Source: Podarcis tiliguerta (taxonomy: Eukaryota). From it: 64,000 nucleotides of DNA. Made by a program: the position numbers and the translations under genes. The DNA is taken from assembly GCA_965153285.1 (NCBI GenBank), contig OZ229120.1. One strand, written 5' to 3'. The notes below the pieces were generated by a model. It was not told the origin of the DNA and did not search any database. It worked only from the letters and a program-made list of their open reading frames with translations. Positions 1 to 12,285 of the stretch are shown one piece after another (position 1 is the first letter of the stretch; the number at the start of each line of letters is the position of its first letter).

Positions 1-607
1 TACTGTATTTCATCTGGGAACCCAAAGCACAATTTTAGCATTTGTGTATAGGATTTCATATGGAAACACTCATATTTACGACTGACACATTTCCATGTGG
101 AACCGCGCTCTGCATAATGAGCAGATCGGCCCTGTTCAGGTACTGTCCAAACCTGCCCCATGTCAGTGGAAGTTGGGTATACACTGCCGGGAATAGAGGG
201 AAGTTTTTGTTCATGGAAATTTGTCTTAAAGATGGGATGCGGTTGATGAGTGCCAGCTACCTCCAGTTAACTTTCTAGTTGATTCCCCCCCCCCCATTGG
301 TCCTTAACCTCTGTACTTGCTGCATTATGTTCTGCTTTGCCACACAATTGACTCCTGCTCACTTTGGCATGCCCACATTCATACTTGCCCCTTTGCATTT
401 TAAGCATGACAGATGATATTCCATTCTATAATGGATTATAATCTGTAAATTGTTAGGTATGCAAATAGATCTGAAATGAGGGTGGGAAGTAAAGTAATAC
501 ATATATTTCAAAGCTGGGTGCTATTTGTTCAGTTCCACTTTGAGGGTTTCATCTAAAGTGAAAAAAGTTGCATATTCCTCATGTCTCTTAGTTTTGAGAC
601 GAAGCTG
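1..607. repeat. Direct duplication, copy 1 (left end probably outside the window)
   Basis: Read base by base, it matches 1078-1683 except for one poly-C tract (C11 vs C10). The ORF track gives identical 78-aa translations at 42..278 and 1119..1355. Confidence 0.97.
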
Positions 608-615
608 CAGGGAAC

Positions 616-967
616 AGGTAAAGGTAAAGGGACCCCTGACTGTTAGGTCCAGTCGCGGACGACTCTGGGGTTGCAGCGCTCGTCTTGCTTTACTGGCCAA
701 GGGAGCCAGCGTTTGTCCGCAGACAGCTTCCGCGTCATGTGGCCAGCATGACAAAACCGCTTCTGGCGAACCAGAGCAGCACACGGAAACGCCATTTACC
801 TTCCCGCCAGAGCGGTACCTATTTATCTACTTGCACTTGACGTGGTTTCAAACTGCTAGGCTAGCAGGAGCAGGGACCGAGCAACGGGAGCTCACCCAGT
901 CGCGGGGATTCAAACTGCTGACCTTCGGCTCGGCAAGCCCTAGGCTCTGTGGTCTAGATCACAGCGC
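616..967 (-). mobile_element. Sauria SINE (Podarcis-type), lacking ~12 nt of its 5' end
   Basis: Begins AGGTAAAGGTAAAGGGACCCCTGAC, the reverse complement of the (ACCTTT)n tail. Has the core CCTATTTATCTACTTGCAC and a tRNA-derived head ending CACAGCGC. Reverse-complement homolog of 44744-45092. Confidence 0.95.
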
Positions 968-1077
968 AGGAGCAATAGCCTATTCTAATACATTTTTTTT
1001 TACTTCATAAGATTTATATATCACTTTGATTGTAGAATAAACCTCAAAGCAGTTTACATGTCCATTTGAATGTAAAA

Positions 1078-1683
1078 TACTGTATTTCATCTGGGAACCC
1101 AAAGCACAATTTTAGCATTTGTGTATAGGATTTCATATGGAAACACTCATATTTACGACTGACACATTTCCATGTGGAACCGCGCTCTGCATAATGAGCA
1201 GATCGGCCCTGTTCAGGTACTGTCCAAACCTGCCCCATGTCAGTGGAAGTTGGGTATACACTGCCGGGAATAGAGGGAAGTTTTTGTTCATGGAAATTTG
1301 TCTTAAAGATGGGATGCGGTTGATGAGTGCCAGCTACCTCCAGTTAACTTTCTAGTTGATTCCCCCCCCCCATTGGTCCTTAACCTCTGTACTTGCTGCA
1401 TTATGTTCTGCTTTGCCACACAATTGACTCCTGCTCACTTTGGCATGCCCACATTCATACTTGCCCCTTTGCATTTTAAGCATGACAGATGATATTCCAT
1501 TCTATAATGGATTATAATCTGTAAATTGTTAGGTATGCAAATAGATCTGAAATGAGGGTGGGAAGTAAAGTAATACATATATTTCAAAGCTGGGTGCTAT
1601 TTGTTCAGTTCCACTTTGAGGGTTTCATCTAAAGTGAAAAAAGTTGCATATTCCTCATGTCTCTTAGTTTTGAGACGAAGCTG
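1078..1683. repeat. Direct duplication, copy 2
   Basis: Matches 1-607. Identity ends at GAGACGAAGCTG, where copy 1 continues into an 8-bp filler and the SINE. Confidence 0.97.
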
Positions 1684-4600
1684 TGGACTCACATCCATTT
1701 ACTCTGCGTTCCCACAGCTGCCTTGGGAAGCTTTGTGGACATGGCATTAGCCACAATCCATATCATGTGTCTGTCTAATGGTTTCGTATGAAACACTTCC
1801 CCTTAAACCAGCTTTGATGCAAACTGAGGGAAAAAAAGAACTATCCAGCTGTATTTTAAGCAAGTAATATGTGCACAGCCTAAAGCTCTATACCTCTCAC
1901 CAGAAAATCTGCTCAGGAAAAGAAGCTGGGCAGGAAGGAGTCTCTCAGAGGTATGAGCTAGTATATAAGCATTTATATTTTGAATTAGAATTCATTTCTT
2001 CATGCTTCTCACATAGCTTTAGAACCCGTATTATATTACTTAATCTAGTAATAATAAAAGGGAATGTTTATTCTTGTGCAGGGGGAAGAATGCTGATTCA
2101 TAGTTGGTTGGTCAAATGATACTTGTATCATTAGAAAACAGAGTGGTGTTAAGAATCCCTTCCCTTCTGCTGGAGCCAAAGCACCTGCTCATTTGAAAGG
2201 AATAAACTAAACTACCAGACGTAATTGATTGTGTGAATCCTTTGTTTCTCTGCCCTTGTGGTTAATGCTCAGCATAATGTCAATGGACCTTGCATTCTTT
2301 ACTCTGCCCTGGTTTACCCCACCTTAGCATCCACAAAATAAAATGGGGAAAAATATTAAATAGGTATGATGCCAGTTGCTAAATGGCATTTATGGATAAT
2401 AATGGATTTAGAGAACAATTTCCATATGAGGTTTACACCACTACCAATCTCTTTCATTGACTTGAGAGAATGGAAAATAGATATAATAGTTATTTTTGCA
2501 AGCTAGGAACTCTCTTACAGCATGTGCACATAATATGTAGTTTTTAATAATAACCTCTGCCATATAGCATAGACTGGGTTTGGAGCGAAGACAACCAGAT
2601 GAAACTTGGCTTTGGCTGGAGCAGAATCAGCCAATTTCAAGGCAGATTAGTGTCAGTACAGTGTAACTGGCTAAGGGGGGAAATGAATATTTAAGGAGAA
2701 GCTGAACAGATCAAGAACAGGGAAATCTGCATGAGGTCACTTTTATACTGGACACAAAATATTTTATTTGGCTACTAACTTTTCTGATTCTTCCATAATT
2801 CTAAGCTGTCTTCATGTGCTGAAGACCTATCTGATTTGCTTTGAATTCTGACAGCATAGATGTGATCTGTGTCTTTTCTGACCACATAAGCAGCAAGCGA
2901 GTTTTCTTCCTAAGAGTCTTCTCAGATGATTATTTCAATTTGCTTGTCCGCTTTGTAGCTAAGACTCTTTTTTTAAAGAAGTGAGAGGTGGAGGCCCATT
3001 GTGTGTTGTTTCCCTTCATTTTGCTCAAATATGTAAAATTACCTAGTCCTCCGAATTTGTTTGGTTTTGATTAACGTCTTATTTGTTCAGTGGTTTGCCT
3101 GCTAGTGTTTGCCATCACACAGCTGGCTGCTGTTAACTTTAGACTGTCTTGGATCTGACCCATCTTTTCCTTTGTCACAGATTTGACAAAGCCAGCAAGT
3201 CTCAAAAGAAACCAACTGGTTAATTCTTGTGAAGGATGGGGAACTTGCTCCCACTGCTGTCACCCAACTGTAGATGTTGGTATCTTCATATACCACCAAA
3301 CCTTCTGAAATGTGCAAGGGTGCCTACAAGATTTTCTAGACCTGGTGTGCTGCATGACTCACTTTACGAATTGGCTAAAAACACTGAAAGGCGATAGCAG
3401 GCTTTTTCCCCTCCCCAGGCAGTTTATTGGAATGGTGCCTACGTTTTTATTTTTTTGTATTATGACGTATTATGACTCTTGTCCTACAACAGCAAATGAC
3501 GAAAGTTACTACTTCCTGTATCCACTGATGACAATGCAAATGTGGAAGAGCTGCCTTGCCAGTTTTTAAGAAATGATGGCAGGTTATTGAGCTATAGGAC
3601 GGGGATGGCTAAATCCACAATTCAGGGAGGTTCACATTTCTCCTCCCTCATCAAAGACCCACCAATTTTAGTGGAAGGTGCAATTTCTTTTTTTAAATAA
3701 ATAAATAAAAATAAATTAGAAACAGTACTCCCTGACTAACTGATTATCTTGTTGAGCAGATACAGGGTTATAACCATCTCTGCTCTGCCGACCTGACCAT
3801 TTTGGCATATAAACCATATATACATAAATAATAAGAGGGCACCTTTGTGCCTGTTTGTGTTTATATACTAGGATACAGTATATTATGTACTAATGTACAG
3901 TGTATAGTAATGGTAATATATAAAACTAGATATTATCAATATCCTTCACTAGGTACCTACTTAAATTTGTACTGTGTAAGGCAGCTGTTATATCCTTATC
4001 TAAGTTCACTTCCCAAATTAGAAACCCAGATGCCAATTACTCTCTTTCTAATTCCACCTCCGTTAGTTTTCCCAGAATGACTCAAACTTCAAAATTTTAA
4101 GTACTCCCTCTGGTCAGGGACTCATTGGATGGTACAACCCACGCCTGTTTAAATATCTTGCCTAGGAAGGAATATTAGTAACCAGAATACAGTTCTTACA
4201 ATATTCTGGGTACAAGGGAATTAAAAAAAACAACACTTTTTCACAACTTTGTGAAAGGACAGCTGGGACGGCTCCATAATTTCCTCCTCCCAAGCCCATC
4301 TGGTCAGTCTCTCTGCTTAGGAGCCAAGATGAACATAGGTTGAACAATCCAGTTGGTAGGCCATGCTTGTACAAGAACCTTGTCCACATCCTTAGACTTC
4401 AACAACTGAAATTCATCCAGTAACACAAAACACAAGCTCTTGGACACAACTTTAAACTGATCTGTTGTAGTCTTGGCATCTGTTCTGTAGCAGATATACG
4501 GTAAGCAATTTTATTTTCAAAGTGCTTAGAAAATGTGAAGGAGTTCTCAGGAACATGCATATCAGGGTTGGAGAATGCCCTCAACCATTTGGATCAGCTC

Positions 4601-5185
4601 CACTAAAGGCGCTCTGTGTAACCAGTGAGGAATTTCTTTGCTGCCACCACCACCACACAGAGTAGGGCTTGATAATGAAGTTCTAACTGCGTTTTCTGAC
4701 AGTCATATTCACATAAAGGGTTTTGCCGCTTACATGGAAGGTATATACTGGAAGATTCCGATGTAAGCAACAAGTTCATAGTGACAGCTGCCAGTGAGCA
4801 CCCTTACAGCCGGCACACAATTTTATAGCTTTATAAATCCCACTGATGTCAGCTGAGCTCACACTGGTTCTCTAAGAAAGAGGCTGCTGTTTAGATTTGC
4901 TATTTTCTTTCGCACTGGCGGAGAGGGTGGCGGCAGTGGCAGAAAGAGCTATGAAGCTCCCCGTAATCTTTTTCATTTGGCAAGTCTGGTTTTGGATACC
5001 AGAAAAACCAATCTCCCTCACCTATCCCTCATGTGAAAATGTTTGGTAATTAGGATTGATCTATACCTGACAGTGGTTAACTTTTACTTCTTAGGAATAT
5101 TTACTATTACTTATTTCTAAGTAATTGGAACTAAAGGCTGTACACTTCCTCTCATATGCGTCTTGTTCGTATCCAAAGATAAGCG

Positions 5186-5251
5186 CTCTCTCTGTCTCTC
5201 TCTGTCTCTGTGTTTGTGTGTTCTCTCTCACTCACACACACACACACACAT
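5186..5251. repeat. Compound (CT)/(GT)/(CA) microsatellite
   Basis: ctctctctgtctctc...cacacacacacacaca is directly visible. Confidence 0.85.
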
Positions 5252-6984
5252 GAAAATGGCGAGTGGGGAGAGAATTATTTATGATCTCTTTAATTGCTTT
5301 GGATAATCTCTGGAGCAATTATTTGTGTCCTCACAAGAAATAAATATTAAGTTTACATTTATTATGTGATACCAATGTTACTGAGAAAAGTTCAGATAAG
5401 CTAGTAGGGTGTTCAACTATCCTCAAAAAGTATTTTCTTTTTAATCTATAAATCTGTAGCTCACAGATTCTGAAATCTAACTTTACAGATTTGTTTAACA
5501 GCCCATAGCACAACAGGATTTTAAACAGACTATCTATATTCAATAACCTTTTTTTAAAAAATAATAATGAAGGGGTTCAATATCTGTGCATTGTCATAAT
5601 GAGAGGAGAAAAGATACTAACGTTTTTCAAGCAAATTCTGCTTCAGAAGTGAAATTCTTTGCTGTCACATGTTACTACCAATGTTGCTTTAGAACAGAGT
5701 GTGCCTGCTTACATGAAAAATGCCTTGATTATTTTTCTGAGCTTGCAGGATAACAAGAAAGGCATTCAGTTTGAGAACTGAGCTGTGTTCTTAGAAGGCA
5801 CAATGGGTATGATCCTGATTCTGTTGACATCAGTAATATTATTCCTATTGACTAGTGGAGCTATGATTTTTTTATTATTATTATTTTCTTACAACTTGTT
5901 TTGAAGCTGCCTGATTTGCAGCTTTGAGGTCTCTGGCAGGACTTCAAAAGAGCAAATATCTCTTCAAGTTAAGCAGTGGCTTGTGACATGTATCCATTTG
6001 CATTCTTAGTCTGTTTGATAATTTTCTCTATGTATTCTTGGCAAATTGTTGCTTTTTTTGTTCTGCATTTTCTGTTTCCGAATTTGAAGCACTTTTCTTT
6101 TGCCAGGTACAGAAACTTTGTTGACCTAGTAATTACAGCAGCCATCAACCAGTGCAGAACAATTTATGATATAAAACAGTATTAACTTACATATTGTGTG
6201 CCTGATAACTTTTTTATCTTTTTGCAGTTCTCAAGTATTGTTATGAAGCAGAGAATATTATGATTACTTTACAGTGTAAAATTTAAGGCTTGACCCTGTC
6301 TATGAGAAGGTTGAAGGAACAAACAGGATTTCTTTGGGGACATTGGAAATGGAAATAAGCTAATCTTGGTAAAAAAACACGTTTTGCTTTGAAGCGGTGG
6401 CAAAGTTGTGTGATGCTTGTTACTTAGTGAACCATCTTGCAAGTGTCTGTGAGGAGTGGCTAGGAGCTTAATATTTTTAGCATGCTGACTTCCACTTGCT
6501 TATTGGTCATTTCTGATGCAGCATTTTAAAGGAGTGGAGTAGTTTATATTGTCTGCCACTATACCAGAGCGTCCACCTTCCCTGTTTAATCAAATACCAA
6601 GTGACAAGTATAACTTCAATGTCTAAGAAGGAGGCTGAGGTTATTTAGAGCTCCTGGCCAAGAAGATTGCATAATGTTCTTGGGAAGGAGAAATTGAGCA
6701 CCACTTCTACAGATGTAGTCTGACATAATTTCACCACTGGCAAGTCACAAATCTTTGATGGTAAAAGAGGAACTGTGTGTCTTAAACTATTGGTAGACAA
6801 AAATTTGCATGTCAGTTGCACTGAATTCAGTTCTCTAGATTTCCCAAAGAAGTAACTGCAGCATTAACAGTGAAAAATCACAAACAGAAAACTGACTGTT
6901 TTAAAATAACAAATAGAACCTCATCATAATGATTTCTCTGATTCAGTTTTGGAGAGGTGTATGAAATCCTTGGGGAATGACCAT

Positions 6985-7110
6985 AGTTCAGGGTCCCAGG
7001 TTCAAGCCCTTGTGTCTTCAGGTATAATAGGGAAAAGCTCCTGACTAAAATCTTGGAGAACTGTTTCCAGACAGAGTAGAGACTCTGAACTAGATGGAGG
7101 CAGCTTGCCG
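6985..7110 (+). mobile_element. Degenerate tRNA-derived SINE (family of 54370-54550)
   Basis: GGTCCCAGGTTCAAGCCC B-box-like motif, then ...CTTGGAGAACTG...CTAGATGGA...GGCAGCTT, colinear with the 54370 copy. Confidence 0.6.
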
Positions 7111-9165
7111 AGTTTAATCTAAAAGTTAGGTATGTCATAAGGAGTTGACTTTATGAATTTTCTTTTGCTCACAGAAATCCTGAAAACATGTTTGTGCAAT
7201 TTGCCTCCTGCTAAGCCGGAAACGACTCACCCACACTACATATTCCATCGTGCTGGGTGTTCAGTAAAATGAATGTCATGCAGGGTGGGTTAAGCACCTG
7301 TTCTTATTTTATAAGCTCATAAGTGTTCGTACACCCCTCTTAATTTGCTTATTCCCATGCCATACGTCTGGCAGATGAAGCTGTTTACAGAGTGGATTAT
7401 CTCCCTGGGTTGTTTTACGCACACAAATATGCATTTCCTGAAGGCCTGAACTCTCTAGCCTAATTTATACGGATAGCCTGCCTTCTGCATTGACACTTGA
7501 AACACAATGGTGCGAAACACACAATTGATGTGAAGTGGCATTATACTGTTTCAGTATTTCAAAGTATGTGAATTCAGATGATGAAAACAATGAGCACATT
7601 TGTTCCTGTTTCTCAGACAGGGACTTGCACCTGACAACTTTTACACCAGATTTTTTTTTTTTATAACTACAATGCCTATTCATTGAAATGAAGAAACTGT
7701 TTGACAAGGCCAGACTGGTACTCAGGAGATGCCTGAGACCCAGAAGAAAAAGTGACAAAATATTGCGTGTTGTTGTTTACAGCTCCCAGCCAAAGCCGCT
7801 TCAATGTATCATCAATGTTCTACAGTCCTAGATAATATTTTTCTCTCATATGTCAGGCCTTTCATGGCTTACACCTAACTACATCATCTAACATAGATAC
7901 TTAGCTAGGATCACCCAAGACAGATACAGACACATTGACTAGGTCAGGTTAGTCTCTACACAAAAAGTCAAATGAAAAGATAGCAACATTCAAAATGAAT
8001 AGAATATAATTTCAGTCTCTCACGAGACTCTGTTCCTGACCTCATTCGTCATATTCCCAACAAAGGGAGGCTCCAGTGTGAAATTGCTGAGCTGGGATTT
8101 GTCAGAAAATTCTGTTCTATTCAAGCTTAATTGGGTCTCTGCATTTCTTTCTCATTACAGCTGTAAAATTAAAACAGTATAACTAGAAATATGGTATTAT
8201 TGCAGATATTACGGTTGTGAATGTTCACCGTTTCTTCATGTATACATGTGGGATCTGCATAGAAATGTCAAACTGCTAACTAGTGCCTTTCATGTCTTCT
8301 GGTATCCACTGTTTTTATTTTATTGTATGCATTTATTTTAGGGGATCAGACCTACAGGGGGGCTAAACAGGGAGAGGCTGGTTGGCCCTGTCTTGGGCCC
8401 TGCCTGGCCTGCTCTCCCAGACAGAAATGAGTGTTTGTGTTTTGTCTGCATCAATTGGAGAGTTGGGCTGATTGCATTGTGTGGTATTGTTTGGTTTCTG
8501 GCTGAGTGGTTACAGCTGGGATGTGGGTGTGGTCCAGAGCCTGCCTAAGGACAGGCTCTGCGGTAGGCAACCCTTTTGGGACATGATTTTGGTGAGGTGC
8601 AAGGGTGCCCTCCCTGTCAGCGAGGATACAGAATTGTAGCCTAGGCACTGTGGACATCAGGCCTGTGATTCTTACCCAGGGTGAGAGCCTGGGAGGGCAG
8701 AGGTTTGGATTGGTAAGCATTTCTTCTGAGTAAGGGACACTGAGAGGAGTGGTGGCATTAAAATCTTCTGCCTAACAGTGTGAGATGTGCCTACTACTGG
8801 GCCTTAGTTTATTATCTGTAGCCCAAATTTCTCAGTTGTACTTGGCAATGCCAGATAACAGTGCTTGAATAGGTCTGTGTGGGCAGGTAGCAGGGACTTA
8901 TAAAGATTTTGTTCTAATATTGACCATTCTAATTACAAATGGGATCTGGGACATAGCTGGCAGGGGAAGGGATCTCTGGCATGGTTGGAGAACCCCAGGG
9001 CGGTAATTCTGGGTAAATTAAGTATCCATGCAGAGGCTGGAAACTGGGTAGCGTATACAGTTATGCCTACCTTGTGGCAGGGTAAACTGTGAAGCAGGCT
9101 CATTTTGCAGTTTGCGTTGCATCCTCTAGTAGCTGGCCAGCAAAGTTGTTTTGGAAGGTCCAAAG

Positions 9166-9415
9166 CATGAGTAGGCAAACTAATGCCCGGGGGCTGGATC
9201 TGGCCCAATCGCCGCCTAAATCCAGCCCGCGGATGGTCTGGGAATCAGCGTGTTTTTACATGGGTAGAATGTGTGCTTTTATTTAAAACGTATCTCTGGC
9301 TTATTTGTGGGGCATAGGAATTTGTTCATTTCTCCCCCCAAAATATAGTCTGGCCCCCCACAAGGTCGGAGGGACAGTGGACCAGCCCCCTGCTGAAAAA
9401 GCTTGCTGACCTCTG
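9166..9415 (+). mobile_element. Non-autonomous hAT-type DNA transposon (MITE)
   Basis: Termini CATGAGTAGGCAAAC...TTGCTGACCTCTG; 8-bp TSD GTCCAAAG/GTCCAGAG (1 mismatch). Reverse-complement homolog at 22333-22578. Strand assignment is arbitrary. Confidence 0.9.
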
Positions 9416-12248
9416 GTCCAGAGGTTACTGAATCTGTCTGTGTGAGAAGGGCCTCCATTATGACCAGGTGTTTACACACTTTGAGGCTAAAGTTGCTCGA
9501 CTTCAGAATGATCTACAGTCTGCAGTTGTTGCAATTACAGAGGAAGTACCCAATGTCTGAGGGGATGGTTTCAGCTTATACAGTCATCTGATGTGGGCAA
9601 GGTGGCAGTGGCTATATGCCCCAACCGTGTACCCTCTTCACCTCATACCTCTTGGCTTATTAATCTTTGAATTCTCTACCCACTCCAAACTCTTCAGCAT
9701 TGTAGATCAGGGATTAGGATTGCTTTTCCAATAAAAGCAAGAAATAAAACCTCCAGTTTGTAAAGAGTTGATACTTTCCCCCCCTGTACTTCTCAGCCAT
9801 AGAACATTTCATAGTGAAGGAAAACCCACTCTTCGTTATATTGCTTCCTCTGAAATTCTATGGAGGACATTGCTTCTCTTATCTAACGTGTATTAAACAA
9901 TAATTGGAATGGTATCTTTTCCTCTTCCTCTTATTGCACGTATTTACAGATAGTTGAAGAAACATTAGGATTTCCCTTTTATTGAATGCTTATTTTGCTG
10001 TTGCAGTATATCTTTCCCACTCTGCACTTAAAAATAGTTATTCATAAGTGTAAACAGATAAAGGTATCTTCAACCCTGGAGATGGTTATGATTATAAAAG
10101 TCAGTTTTTAGTTTATGTAATCAGCCATGATAGTTGGATGGAGAGTGAAGGCTCATTTTGTGAACTGCTATCACTGCAATCTAACAGGGGTGTTTTTTTT
10201 TGTTAAAGTCTTTGTTCATGGCAGAAGAAGAAAATCCATAGCAATAAATCACTGAATACCAGGTGCTCTGTTGGTAGGGGAAATGATTTTCTCCACTTGA
10301 TCAAAGAGATCAGCTTTATATTGCAGGAAAGGCCTTTCTTGAGTACAAACAAGGGCGTAAGTTGCATTAGAGCTACTACTGGACCCGGTTCAAGGTATTA
10401 GTACTATGTTCACACGCTATTTAGGGTTTGTCCTTAAGCTTGCATCTGCCAAGATCAACCATCTCAGACCCTTTGGTTGGCAGGGGAGGCTTTTATTAGT
10501 GGTGTCACTGCTGGGTGTTTTCCGGCAAGTGCTGACCCATGACTAGGCTGCCTTGATACTGTTTCCATATATATACTGCTGTGCTTGTGAGGTGCACTGA
10601 GAAACCAGAGGGTGGTATCAGTGTGCAAGTGTAAAGTGGGATTGAGTTGAGTGGAGGGGAGTGGAATGTTGTATCCTGGAAGACAGCATGGTGGGTTGGC
10701 TGGAGCACTGAACAAAACCATTCCACATGGCAAGATTTTTTTCCAGGTATCACTTAACGGAAATAACAAAGGAATGTCCCCCCCCCCCCCCGGACATGGA
10801 TTTTGTAAAAAGTGTTATTGGATTCCTAACTGGGTTACCCCCAGATGTCTGATGTACCTCTAAATTAATTTGATGAATAAAACTGCAGGTTTTGATTGTT
10901 AAAAAAGTGATCACTTGACAAAAAAGCACACTGTATCAATTAAAGGGAAGTCTGGTACTGTGATGTACTAGTGTTCATTTCCTTAAACAATTTTCTAAAC
11001 TGGTTATCTGATTGCCATAACTTTATCAGTTATTAGGTTTTAGAAGAGCACATTTATTGTGTAGGGATTTAGAGTAGGCTTATCTTTCGTTTTATAAAGC
11101 TGGGAATGAAAAATTATCTTTATCTGGAAAGGTTGTTCCAAAGGGTGGGGGTGTATTAAAAGAAGGTAAAATTGACAGTTGTTCTGTTCTTACAGCAAGC
11201 TAAATATAGCTAATTTTTGGCTTTCATTCAAGTTACTTAAGGTTGAGTAACTTGTTTGATTAATATTTCAAGATGGTCCTATAATGGCTGGGTCAGTGTG
11301 CATTTAGTGGGTGATTTTTATTATGAGTATTAAGGGACAAATGTCTCCATGCATTAGAAGTCACAAAATGCGCAATCAACTGTAGAGGTCTTCTGCAAAA
11401 TTCATATTTGAACATTCTTGCATCTTACACAGTTGCAATTAATTTCACTGAAGATCCCAATAGAAGGGAGAAATTGCTCTCACTGCGTGTAGGAACTTGG
11501 CATGCAGAATTCCCTGTAGATGTCTGGGATTCTGTAATTTTGCTTCCCCTTCTATTGCCATGGTGAAACAGGAGTCAAGCTTTGGAGAACAAGATAAATC
11601 TAATGCCTCCTCTGAGCCTGGAGCTGAAGAGGAGAAGGAACGAAACTTTCTGCCCCCACAGTCCAACAGGTTGGCTGAAATGTGGGATTTGTTGTTGTTT
11701 TTTGTAGAGCCATGACAAACCTCTGACCTCCAACTGGAAGCTACAAAAGGAAGGTGGAGATTTGTGCACCTGCCAGATACTCCAAGTTCACAATGTCAAT
11801 TGAGTGTAAAACAAGCTGCTTTGCTTTGCATCCAGCAGACATTGGGTTGAAGGAAGCAGCAGAATTATGTAGCTTTGCCTGTGCTCACAACAGACACTCA
11901 GGGTGCATGTTACTCACAAAGGCAGCTCCTGAGCTACATCGGGAAGGTGAAACTGTCTAGGTTCACTCCATACCCAGTGGTTACTCCAGATTGTAAGTGC
12001 CTACTGTGTGCAAAGTCAGAGCAGGCTCTGGCCTTCTCTAGCTGCTGTTGGGGGGCAGGGACTTGTTTTCTGCCCTCTTTCCTCCAAGATTTAGTCTTCA
12101 TTCTGGAGAAAAGAGTAGGAAATTTTCTCCTTAACTTCTTTTCAGACACTAACTACAAGGTCAGGGACAAGACCATGTAACTTGGTGATGAGAATTTGTT
12201 TGCTTGGCTCTGCAACTGTTTTTGCATAGTGATGTGGTAAGGGTAAAT

Positions 12249-12251
<3 letters not shown>

Positions 12252-12283
<32 letters not shown>
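12252..12283. repeat. (TG)n microsatellite
   Basis: Pure TG run, directly visible. Confidence 0.95.

Positions 12284-12285
<2 letters not shown>

Noticed and set aside
525-1010. 161-aa ORF, the longest in the track
   Set aside because: It mostly reads through the antisense Sauria SINE. The same applies to the ORFs at 26615, 39703, 39833 and 44773, which lie in SINEs.
42-1355. Two identical 78-aa ORFs taken as a duplicated gene
   Set aside because: Their identity simply follows from the DNA duplication. The start is non-ATG and no domain is recognisable.
3181-3279. Good acceptor TTTTCCTTTGTCACAG with one open frame
   Set aside because: Only weak donors follow and the peptide is unrecognisable.
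8340-9100. GC-richer stretch resembling an LTR (also ~10400-10900)
   Set aside because: I found no TG...CA termini with a TSD, no primer-binding site and no second copy, so it is left unassigned.
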